Shown here one piece after another: positions 1 to 10,600 of a stretch of 41,435 nucleotides of DNA. A model generated the notes under the pieces. That model ran no database searches. It was not told the origin of the DNA and saw only the letters and a list, made by a program, of their open reading frames with translations. The translations under genes and the position numbers were made by a program. This DNA comes from Perkinsus olseni (lineage: Eukaryota). The first letter of the stretch is position 1. The number at the start of each line of letters is the position of its first letter. Where the stretch lies: the NCBI GenBank assembly GCA_013115125.1, contig JABANN010000300.1:1-41435 (forward strand). Direction: 5' to 3'.

Positions 1-326
1 CATTTGTAGAAGACATTTCAACGATCGGGAGAGCTATGGGGCTTTGGAAGGCATGTGCCTATCAGGACCTTGCACGGTAAAGATGAGAGGCTAGTGTTGA
101 ATTCGCAAGTTAACAGAGATGAGAACTACAATGCCGAGTACAGATCTGTTCGTTACTGAATCGTCCAGTCTCAGAGCTACGCGTATGCGTCAGTGGCGCT
201 CCATCGAATCCACCATGCAGTTGAGCTGCTGTCGAATTCGGCAGATACGAAAGATCGTGATGTGCTCGAGTTTCCTCCCGTCGGATGAAGTCAAGGATGA
301 TTTCATAGCTGGACTACCCCCGAACC

Positions 327-1556
327 TTGCTTTCCACCCAGGTTGGTGAACCGAGACGTTCCCCTCACTCTTTCATCGCTTCTCCATTTGACGTTGCGAT
401 CTCAGTTACACCAACTACGACACTCTTGATCGGCCTGTCCCACGAGGAGAAAATCTCGCGGCAACGAGATGGGCCGGATCCAGCTCGGCGAAGCGAGACT
501 AGACGGGCCGGCGCGCGCGGCGCAGAGCCGAGGTCCAACGTGGCACTCCACGTAGAAGGAGGACTAGCTGCTCGAGTCAACAGGCGGAGTGGCAGAGCCG
601 CTGTGAGAGAGAAAACAGAACGCTCCGCCGTGCGCGACGGCGCAGCGAGGCAGCAAGCAGCAGCGGAAAGTGTGGTACGGCACGGCGTGAATGACGGCCA
701 GTCGTCGTGCACTGAGTTGGAAAGCCCACAAGTACAACATTCAGAGCGGAATGCAGAGACACAGGCGTCAGAGAGCCCGACTCACGGCTCGAAAGGCACC
801 ACAGCCACCGTAGAAGTTCCTTGCCCTTGGTTGACGAGTACCGGGACTTCGACAACAGAATCCCCACAGAAGAAGATGTGCGATGCTGGTACTTCGTTAT
901 TCACAGAAGAGCTAGGGGATGCCATGGGCCTGCTTGAGCATGCTGTGACCGATACTTTTTGCCAGCTTGCAGAGAGTAGCTCAGAATTTACGATGAAACC
1001 GGCCCAACCAGAAGAAATTGACGAAGCCAGGGATGCCCCCTCCGCAGAGTATGTCGCTGAGACGCAGGCGAGCGACGATTCTACTCGGGCTCGCCTCCAC
1101 GAGTCCGACGAGAGTGAAGTCCCCTCGGAAGAATCGGATCTCGAGGATGCGCCGGAGGAGGTCGAACGAATTTCTCCAGCCAAGGAGAGGTCTCTTCTCA
1201 CTTTCAATAATAACGAATCGGCAGATAACGAAAGAGCCTCGACTGGAGAGTCTACCTTCTCATTGAGGAAGTCTGTGGTGACTGACAGTCCACAGAATGG
1301 TTATGACGGTGATGAAATATCCGTGAGATCCCCACCGACAAGGCCCCCGGTGGTTCTTCAAGCCTCTGATATACGTGCATCGCAAGGAATGCTGCTGTGG
1401 AAAGCTCAGCTTCGCGAGTCCATTCATTTCCTGCCCGGCGACAGCAGGACGCGGCGTGGGATGCTCGAAGATATTGATCGTCTCTTCCGCTCGCTCCATA
1501 GCGATATGTGCACTCTGTATGCTGCTGAGAAGCTCAAGGGAGGCAACCTGGCCTAG
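327..1556 (+). CDS. Hypothetical protein with low-complexity S/E/T-rich region, probably the last large exon of a gene starting upstream
   Basis: 409-codon uninterrupted ORF with acidic, Ser-rich composition and a short helical-looking C-terminus. No recognisable motif and true start unclear. Confidence 0.5.
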   Translation: MLSTQVGEPRRSPHSFIASPFDVAISVTPTTTLLIGLSHEEKISRQRDGPDPARRSETRRAGARGAEPRSNVALHVEGGLAARVNRRSGRAAVREKTERSAVRDGAARQQAAAESVVRHGVNDGQSSCTELESPQVQHSERNAETQASESPTHGSKGTTATVEVPCPWLTSTGTSTTESPQKKMCDAGTSLFTEELGDAMGLLEHAVTDTFCQLAESSSEFTMKPAQPEEIDEARDAPSAEYVAETQASDDSTRARLHESDESEVPSEESDLEDAPEEVERISPAKERSLLTFNNNESADNERASTGESTFSLRKSVVTDSPQNGYDGDEISVRSPPTRPPVVLQASDIRASQGMLLWKAQLRESIHFLPGDSRTRRGMLEDIDRLFRSLHSDMCTLYAAEKLKGGNLA

Positions 1557-2239
1557 ATTTGGGGAGTCACAGCCTAACGAGTCCTTTTGCAGATTTGAGA
1601 CATGCAAGCCATTCCAAGTGACGAGGTATTTTTGAGCAATGATCGCGTTGCGTATCAGTGAGGGGCGGCATTTCAGGGTTCCTGCGGGTATCGGCCGAAC
1701 CCGAACAAGCCAAGCGTGAACCGAGTCTATTCGTGGTCGTTTTGTTCAGATGAATCCACACTCGGACCAGCTTTCTCCGCCGGTTTTTCTTGTTTTGCGC
1801 CACCTACTTCGTGCCACGTACTGATTGAGAATGCGACCGTTGGAGCAGTCGCCCAAAAGGTACACCTTCGATTCGACCGCCTGTTATCCGGGTGGAAATC
1901 TTCTTCTATCACAAACTATAGTTGTTTTTCCAAATCCAGTTTAAGTCCAAACTCGTGCTTTTGCATCGCTGATTCAGTTGCCTCTCTGAGTCTATAGCTT
2001 CGCTACCGATTCTGCCAGCAAAGCTCTCACTTGAGATTCTCAAGTTAAGACGCGGTCCACTGCTTGATCGTGCCCGATGCTGGCGCGCTGTTGATGATGC
2101 TTATTTATTTGTACCTCAGGTATCGCTGTATTTATTACGATTTTTTCCCGAATGTTATGCTATAGGTGAGATTGTACCGGTGCAATTATTATCAGCTGAT
2201 GTATGGGCTCGTGACACTAGCTCAGGTGCGCTCGGGCGA

Positions 2240-2321
2240 GACAGCGTGTCCGAGTGGTCAAGGAGGTGGACTAGAAATCCACTGGGTTCTGCCCGCACAG
2301 GTTCGAATCCTGCCACTATCG
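2240..2321 (+). tRNA. tRNA-Ser(AGA), partly degenerate
   Basis: D arm TCCGAGTGGTCAAGGA, anticodon arm GTGGA-CTAGAAA-TCCAC, long variable arm, TTCGAAT loop. Two C:A mismatches in the acceptor stem and one A:C in the T stem. T5 run about 25 nt downstream. Confidence 0.75.
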
Positions 2322-2388
2322 GGTTAAGCTTTGTTGAGAAGTTCATTTTTCACGCTCCGGTACGGTTTGTCGAGCCGCCTACAGAACA

Positions 2389-2470
2389 GCCAGCCTGTCC
2401 GAGTGGTTAAGGAGGTGGACCTGAAATCCACTAGGCTCAGCTTGCGCAAGTTCGAATCCTACTGCTGTCG
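2389..2470 (+). pseudogene. tRNA-Ser(TGA) pseudogene
   Basis: Same skeleton as the preceding copy, anticodon loop CCTGAAA (U33 replaced by C), mismatches in acceptor and T stems. Confidence 0.7.
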
Positions 2471-2477
2471 CATGCGA

Positions 2478-2559
2478 AATAGCATGTCCGAGTGGTTAAG
2501 GAGGTAGACTTGAACTTCACTAGGCTCAATCTGTGCAGGATCAAATCCTGCAGTTATCG
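2478..2559 (+). pseudogene. tRNA-Ser(TGA) pseudogene, most decayed copy
   Basis: TGTCCGAGTGGTTAAGGAG A box retained, anticodon stem broken, T loop ATCAAAT. Starts 7 nt after the previous copy. Confidence 0.7.
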
Positions 2560-3415
2560 GGTAGCCGTTTCGGTGGGTAGTCCCCCAGTTCGGTCCGAAG
2601 TACCCTGGTTAGTTTCATCTCTTCAGAGTCGACCATTGGACGAAAAGGAACTCTACGTTTTTCTCGATATTCCCAGGTCCGACCTGGGAATGTCAGGTCG
2701 GACCCCAATGTCTTTACCTGGCAGGTCGGAAAAGCAATTATATTCCCTCACTTAGTTGGTAGAGCGCACGAAGATGCGTGATTGTCACATCGCAGCGCAG
2801 TTCTAGAACCCGCATTCCAGATCACATGCTTTCATCACTCACACTGTGAGTTGAACCAACTAGGTTCGGTATCTTGCAGGCTGTGAGTAACAGCATGGGA
2901 AACCGCAACCAAATAACATTGGAATATGATGACCAGATTAATTCCACGAGGCACCCAATGTTTCTGTATTACACAAATTTCTCGTCCCAAGTTGGGACTT
3001 TCAAGTTGGAAGTTCCGACATCTGCGTCTGCCCTATTTGCTTAATGTCCCCTGGTGTTGGTCCTAGGATATCAGCGTATTTTTCTAAACTTGCAGCCACG
3101 GTCTAATTGACTGCCAATCTACGACAACCGCCACCCATACCGTATTTTCTGAGCGGGAAAAACTTGAATCCTCAAGATGCTTCGAGGGTCCGTATAACTT
3201 GTACGATGTAAGTCGATGGCTGAGACGGTAAAACAATGCCCGCTGCTTCCTTCCTTAGGAAGCTAACATGATGAAACACACCCGGTGACGGCGTCACGGA
3301 GTACGTGTAACCGGGACAGAGGCAGTGAGGCGTGGCGTGCGCAGTGAGCGACGGGACGAGACATAGTTTTCTGGGACCTTGCACTTATTTGCCAGAGATT
3401 CCTATTTCCGGCTAA

Positions 3416-4560
3416 ATGTTTTGCACTCGTGTTGTTGTTGTTCTGTCGGTTCTGGCGTTCAGATTGACCTTTGCCGGTCTGAGCCTCACTGAATCAGAGG
3501 TAGCCGCGCTTGCCTTCATTCCGTTTGATCATTCTTCGTTGCATGATTTGTGCAGATAGATTCAGTACGCGAGAAAGTGAAAAGCATAGTGGGAGTTCCC
3601 AAGGTTGTTGAATTCATAAGAGAAGGAAAGGTACGTCGCCGCATCTCACCACACCGAGTTGCTAGAGTCGCTTCGCCCCAACTGTTTGCTACCTCGGAAT
3701 GTCTTTGGCACCAGCGGATGTTTCTCGGATGTAGGTTGAGGGTCAGATTTATACTGCGACTGACGAGTGCCTGTTACGATACCACGGCGGGAACTCTTTA
3801 CTTGTCCACTTCGAAACGAGGTCTAGCGAGCTCTCAAACCTACTCCAGTCTACGCACTACGACAAGGATCGCATTAGCCTAGAATGGGTTAAGTGAGACC
3901 GGGGCAGTTCTGGATAGTTGATATCACCTACAGTATGGTAACTTTAACCATAAGTGTGGTACTCATAGTTACACCTATGAGTAAGAATCGAACCAGTGTG
4001 CCAAACGGAAGTGCCTCACAGTCCACTTGTCGTCTAGGATTGATACGACCATGTCGAATTAGGGTTAGCCTTAGCTCGGCAACTCTTCGCTTCACAGTGA
4101 AGCCTTCACTCACATTGCACGTTATCTTGATCATTTCGAAGTACCAATCTGTTGCCAACAAGCTGTTTGCAAATAAACTTTCTCTCTCAGGTATTTCAAG
4201 CAGCCTGGTGGCCCCGGGATGAAAGTCAAGTACAATGGTACGGTTAGCGTCTTCCACAACGTGGAGAGAGCTCATCGGTATCTCGCGCAGATCATGCCCT
4301 TCGCTCACTTGTCCGATCAAGTTTCCACGAAACTTCGTTCTTATTGGCCCATCACAAGCGGCGACGACCATGAAAAGTGCAACGAGGTCTTCCTCCTCTT
4401 GGCCAACAACCCTCCGGGAGAATATAGCTCCGGAGTCGGATGGTTCAAAGAGTTCCACACTACGGCTTCACGCAAGGCTCTGTCCCTTATGCCGCAAAAA
4501 TTACGACAACAAGGGCATGTTTGGTCTGATGATAGATTTGAAGAATGGGGATTCGAATGA
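3416..4560 (+). CDS. Multi-exon hypothetical protein with signal-peptide-like N-terminus
   Basis: ATG 3416 gives MFCTRVVVVLSVLAFRLTFAGLS. GT-AG intron ~3500-3555 joins to IDSVREKVK. Final exon lies in ORF 4219-4560. Internal exons approximate. Confidence 0.45.
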
Positions 4561-4818
4561 TAAGATTAGTCCAATGACGGGCAGTTGCAAGGTTAAATGT
4601 TTATAGTATCCTGAGCCTGTTGTATTAAGAATGTCTAGCGCCACATTTTCTCACGTTCATGTTCATGTGATGTTCTGGGTGATAATGACAGCTTGAATTG
4701 CCAGTAAGATAGGGAGATTCGGAAATGAAAGGCGTGAATTACTCAGATGTTATTGCAGACTCAGGCATGATACACGACGTCATCGATGGCTCGCTTTCCC
4801 AAGCTACGTCGAAATCGC

Positions 4819-4898
4819 TGACAGCTGTGGGGTTCGAACCCACGCCCTTTCGGACTGGCGCCTAAAGCCAGCGCCTTGGACCACTCGGCCAAACTGTC
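4819..4898 (-). tRNA. tRNA-Leu(TAG)
   Basis: Complete cloverleaf: acceptor GACAGTT/AGCTGTC, anticodon arm CTGGC-TTTAGGC-GCCAG, variable arm around CCGAAAGG, T arm GTGGG-TTCGAAC-CCCAC. Confidence 0.95.
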
Positions 4899-5921
4899 GA
4901 TGAGGTTAACAGGATTCACAACGAGGGAGTCGTATCGATATGGTACTGATGCATGCCGTGTAAGGTCCGGATAAGGGATGCTGAGGTTTCATGGGCAGCT
5001 CGAACAGAGCTTTCTCGCTAAGGAAGCCCGAGAGTGGCCCCAGAGAGCCTTCACGTAAAGCTCACAGCCACCGGGCACCACAACCCCGCCAGATATCTGC
5101 TCCTGATCCGCCCTCTACTCGCCATCGAATAGCTCAGCAGCGGCGGCGGCCTATGCTTGGATCACGCGGGCTCGGAACCCGTACGTCATCGCCCACTTGG
5201 AACTTCGACCCGTATCAGGTCTTTCTCTTCGAACTCCAACGGCTCGAACTTCGCAGAGTGATAAGTTAGGTGAGACCTTCTGAGAAGACCTTTTTCATGT
5301 GTCCCATCATTACCGACGATAATTTACCGTTACAAGAGAGGCGACGTAATCGACCTCAGAAGCATAAGGCTGTCATGTCGTGGTGAGGCTGTCCCCGTTC
5401 TCGAAGAAGACACCCGCGCCACGAGTCATATCCCGGGTGTCAAGTGCGCATCCCTGGCACGTGCGGTCCCAATTCCTGATGATAACTCGCGACCCCGTTT
5501 GAGGGTTCTTCCGCCCTGCGAGCTCCGCAGAGAGGCGCTGTCTCGCTGCCGTATAGAAGCATATTCTCCAGATGTAAACGATGGAGTTGAGAAAAGCGGT
5601 AGACAATCGTCTGTCTCCCGGCGTGACAATCGATTTCTATATAGCTGGGCGAAAGTCCATGTTATACTCTAAGCAGCAGATTTCATTGCCTTGCCCACTT
5701 GCTCACACTTGCGTAGTTGAGTACGAAGGCCACACGATGGAGTGCTTATGAGATGTGCCACTGAGGCACGAATATCCTTGAGGTAGCGTTGGCAGTGCCA
5801 GCTTGGCATTACTGCCGATATCAAGGTTACCGTATCTTTTCGGTTGACTCTTCTCTTCGTTAGCAATTACTCTCCAGCTGCTTCCTTGGATAGTTCTGAT
5901 AACTTTGTAACTTCACCAAGA

Positions 5922-6092
5922 ATGAAGTTCTACCAAGCTTTGCTGATGAGTGCTCAAGGTCTGATGCTGGTGACGGCCCAAGATGCCGACAAGACCGTAC
6001 CCTCGAAGTTCCTGCAGAAAAGACCCAAGCCTGATGGGACAGGTCCGGCAGCGTTTTTGGATCCACTGGGTGGTATGGAATTGTATTGGTGG
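5922..6092 (+). CDS. Probable first exon of a small secreted hypothetical protein
   Basis: MKFYQALLMSAQGLMLVTAQD is signal-peptide-like and is followed by a GTAAG donor. Downstream exons not identified. Confidence 0.3.
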
Positions 6093-7073
6093 TAAGAGAG
6101 ATTTTGTCGGAGTTTACCACAGTGTGGTCACCACGCATGTTGTTTTCCACCAGACACTAGACTTTTTGTACTCTCACCGCCCGCCGAGCCAGTGATGTGC
6201 CTACTATGGCTATCGGCCAAGTCCTTCCCTTCTAGGCGCCTCTTTCACTTGTGGCAAGCACGGGTCTTACAGAGCTGCAACGCTCGGTTTCAGTGGTTGT
6301 GGATACTCTCGCGTTCTGCAAGTTACGAGTCAATCGAGCTATCCTCCGACACGGAGGCTCCGTGTAATGGATGCATGAGATGGAGTCTTGCTGTCTCTCT
6401 CATAGACTCCAGCCGAGCAGCCGTGTAACCAGCAACTGACTCAACGTGCAAACTTCGCGGAAAGTGAACTACAATGATGATTCACAAGGAACGTCCTCCG
6501 GGAGGACTCCTCCCGGGCAGGATCCAGCGGTGTTGACGAACGGCCTGGAGAGTGAAAAAATCCTTATTGGAATTCACCAAGAAAAGATGGGCTGCTCACA
6601 TTATGTGCCTCTTCGTCGCAGCTCAACAAAGCGCGATCAATATCATGTGGAAAGGTTGCGGGGTCGACGTTCAACTCGTTGCCGGCCATTGAGAAATACC
6701 GGTACACACCGTAGGATGAGAAATACCGAGTTCTCTCCCAGCGTCGCTACCACTCCAGCCGACTAATGCGTTACAATGCGGCTGTGAGCGTAGCCTCAGA
6801 GTCGTCGCGCAGAGGAGGGGCCTACTCCGAGCGGTTGCGCTGCTTCCTTGGAATACTAACATTCAATACTGGCATGCCCATAGTGCTGAGATTGTAGACT
6901 TGAGATATCGGCCTTAACCCTGGCTCGGCATACTCGTCTGACTAGCCACTTCAGGACAAATTCTCAACAATAATCGTTAAGAGGAACGAGACCGTACCTA
7001 GGATTCGTTGCGATCACTCTGCTTACCGTAGAGGACATGGATACCATTCGCAGTCGTCGGAACGGTATAAGTA

Positions 7074-7153
7074 TGACAGCTGTGGGGTTCAAACCCACGC
7101 CCTTTCGGACTGGCGCCTTAAGCCAGCGCCTTAGACCACTCGGCCAAACTGTC
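7074..7153 (-). tRNA. tRNA-Leu(AAG) with T-loop variant TTTGAAC
   Basis: Near-identical to the other two Leu genes, anticodon loop TTAAGGC. C56-to-T change in the B box may impair it. Confidence 0.85.
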
Positions 7154-7664
7154 GACGAATAACCCAGACTTAGCAGAGGAGAATTCATATCAATATAGCC
7201 GTAATGCATGCCGAACCCGTCCGCGCCTGCCAGCTCTCCACTCACGGAAAGTCCGAAAGACTGTCCCCCCAATTCACTTAGCTGGAGAGTCTCTAGAGTA
7301 TGTAGCTGCAGAGAGCCTAGGTTGTACTGAAGGCTCGCCACACCTTGACCAGATATCCGTCCGCCCCCAAGTCGAATGAATGCCAGTGGAGACGGGCTGT
7401 GCTTGGATCAGTCGGTCGGCCTGTGAACCCTCAAAGTCACTGCCCAATCATGACTGCGACCCGTTGCGGGTCTCGATCTTCAATGACTCAGGCTGCCCCG
7501 AACCCCACAAATTGATGACCAGAGTTAAGCGAAACGTTCTCATGCGTCCTCCCATCTCCGCTTCGACGTACTCAAGATCGAGAACACAAGCCAGGTTTCC
7601 AAAGAAAAGTAGAGAAAATGCTGCTCATTCAATCGTCGAACAAATACAAAATCTAAATCCGGTA

Positions 7665-10600
7665 TCACTCAGACTCGGCTGCTTGAGGTATCTCCCTGAG
7701 GTTCACCTTCACAACTCGATAATGCGCTCCAACAGGGCGATAAACCCTCGACCTGCCCAGCGATGACAGCAAGATCGCCAGCGGAATAATCACCAACCTC
7801 GGTTCCTCTTCTTGCGGCTCAGAAGCTGTAGCATTCCGTTTCCGTCTCGAGTGGGATCTATGCACTCCTCTGCCTGCCCTGATAGTAGCCTCAGATGAGC
7901 CAGCCGACCCGGAGGAGCTCTGACATGACGATGTTCACACATCCCGGCATACAGAGCGAATCTCCACAAGTGGCTCAGCTCGCAGCACGTCGTGCTGGGA
8001 CCACCAACTAGACGTCCGTTGCCCCCCTCGATTGGAGAGGAGCGGGAGAATATTTTCAAAGACATCAGTCAGATAAGTCCATTTGTAGTCTCCTTTACGA
8101 ACTTGCGACTGTCCTTACCGTCCTTGCGCGTGAGAGGCTCGGTGATTGCCCTATTGAGCTCCTCAACTTCAGCGATCTCACGCATTGCCGAGCAACCTCA
8201 GGAATGTTATACTGCAACTGAAGTACGCTGCGAAGTGCCCTTCTGGGGGTTCGGAAATCCTCCCTACCGGGCCGATATTAACGAATCTTCGTTTGCTAGG
8301 TTCAGGCAGGTCACAGATAACCCTCGGAGTGTGATTGTTGCTCACGTCCGAGAAGACGTGCAAAGCCTCTTGCTCGATATGAACCTGAAAAAACGCATGA
8401 AGTCTCCCGCGAGAGAAGCGAATTTCCCTCAGCGAAAGTAGGCAGACCCTCGAATGGTCCGAGGCTCCTTCGACTCCCGGCTCACTTGGCACTCAGAATT
8501 ATCTTCATCCAGTGAGACGCTCACTAGCGAGGTTAGTGGGACCTGCGAGGCGACTCCTAGCTAGCGCACACGAGCACTCCACCGTTTTATTGAAACAGGT
8601 GGTACTCAGAACTCCCCCGAAAATTCCCAGGATTCTCACTCCAACGAGGGTCCAGTCAGCAGCGTCCTTCTCCAATCCTTCAGCGCTGACGAGCAGACCG
8701 CCTCTTCCGGCGTGGATCAGCACCCCGGCGCCGTAGCCCATTGTGTACCTATTGGAACAACACACTCAGTCTCGACGGGTGGACTCAACGCTCACCCCAG
8801 ATCAGCGTCAAAATTGGAGGGCATCGCGCTTCGACCTTGGATATGCAGACTGTGAGTGTGGCAGCAGGCGGCGAAATCGTCGATAATCCTGTTGCCCGAC
8901 AGGCGCGGCAGCAACGGATCTCCCTGCAGCAGTCTATGCCTGCGAAAATTTAATATCTCCCAAATGGAACGGGAAAGACTCGAAAGCACCTCCTTCTGGG
9001 CAGCTCCTGTGCTACTAGCGACTTGAGAAGCAGCTCAGACTCCAAGTGAGGGAGCTCGAACTGGCCTCCTGGTGGCGTGGCTACGTACCTGGGGACGGCT
9101 CCATAGTTGAAGGAGGCTGTGGAGAGCTCCTCACTGTTGCCAAAGAACATACTGGATCCTGTCAGGTAGCGAGTCGTACCTGAGAACAGAGCGAAGATCA
9201 TATAAAAAAATAAAAGCGACGAGAGGAGAAGCTGCGTCCGGATCTCCGGGTTTCGTGAAGTGCAGTGTACCCAATCGTACGGCCGGAAATTTCACCAACG
9301 CAAGTGGTCTTGAGAACGACTTTCACGATTGCAGAACCCAAAGTGAGTTGAACTCACTGAGTTCCCTTCACCTACATAGCTCTAGCGCTCGGACTGAGCG
9401 TCTCGAACAGGCTCCGATGCAGCATAGTGCTGGGCTTAACACCAGTCGAAGAGCTCATCAGCAATCTGTGTTCTTGAGCGTGCATTGATCGTATCTGTCA
9501 AACAAGTGAAGAACAGCTCCCCATCACTGGAAGCTTCAGAGCACCTCCTCCTCAAGCTCTTTTAGCTCGTCCAAGGCATCAGTAACCGACTCGGGAATCA
9601 GAACCTACGGAGAGGAGGCAGCCGGCTGAGAAGCCTTTCGGAAGACGACCTGCACCTCACCACGCCATAGTCCATTCCCTGCTGACACCTCTTCAATATC
9701 ACATCACACACTAGGTTGATGAGATCGTGCAAACTCATGTTCCGGGCTCGAATCTCTTCGGATATCAAAAACTAAGAGGATGACACTAACAGTGACATCT
9801 CATCATCCTGGGAGGAAAACGAACGTTGCAAGCTCTGCGGTGCTGGACAGATCCCTGGAGGGCCCCGAATAGCTCAACCGAACCGAGTGTACCCCGATGC
9901 GCGACCAGATGATTCTTCACACGGAAAGAGGCTCGCGAGGAAGACCAAGTAGTCTGGCAGCGCCGAAATTGATTAGTTCGGATCCGAGCCGGCGGAAGAG
10001 CTAAGCGGATCGGTGAGTAGCAAGAGGTTGAGCTCATAGCCGAATACACTGCATCCCTTAGCAGAGAAGAAGAGAGGTTGCTGCCCTCGATCGCACACCA
10101 TGGAAGATCAGAGCTTCTCGAGGCCTACCAAGTTCGGATGGGCATGCAGTGCGCATTCCGCAGCGATGTGACTCATAGAACGACCACAAATACGAATAAA
10201 GTACCTGAAAATCGAAAGCTCTGAATTGTGTCAATATGCTGGGATCGCCAATTTCAACCTACCACTCTCTGGTTCCACTTGCGGCCAGCGTGGCGATATT
10301 GCCGATGATATTAGAGAAGATCTTGCAGGCCGTATCGTACCCCAACGTCTGCTCGACCAGAGGGATATCATTCTCGACCGACGCAGGCACCTGACGGGGC
10401 AGCTTCGATGCAGCAGTGTTTTTTTAACTAGCTCACCCCGACCACTTTGGTTGGGACCTGCAGTTTTGCCATGGTCTCGGCGAGCAGGGCGGTATCGGCG
10501 TGCGTGCCGACACCACCGACGACAACAACGCCGTCTAGAGCCAGCTTCTGGCAGGTACCTTGAAAGAGCATACGATCTGCGCTGTCTTCAAAACCCGTTC

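Noticed and set aside
1570..1995. Minus-strand coding-like stretch
   Set aside because: Multiple in-frame stops and no recognisable family.
2742..2770. tRNA A-box-like fragment (CTTAGTTGGTAGAGCG)
   Set aside because: No anticodon arm, T arm or acceptor partner found. Too short to call.
7992..8441. Plus-strand ORFs overlapping identified minus-strand genes (also 24716-25159, 28190-28417, 35944-36393)
   Set aside because: Best explained as antisense shadows of real exons, with no independent motifs.
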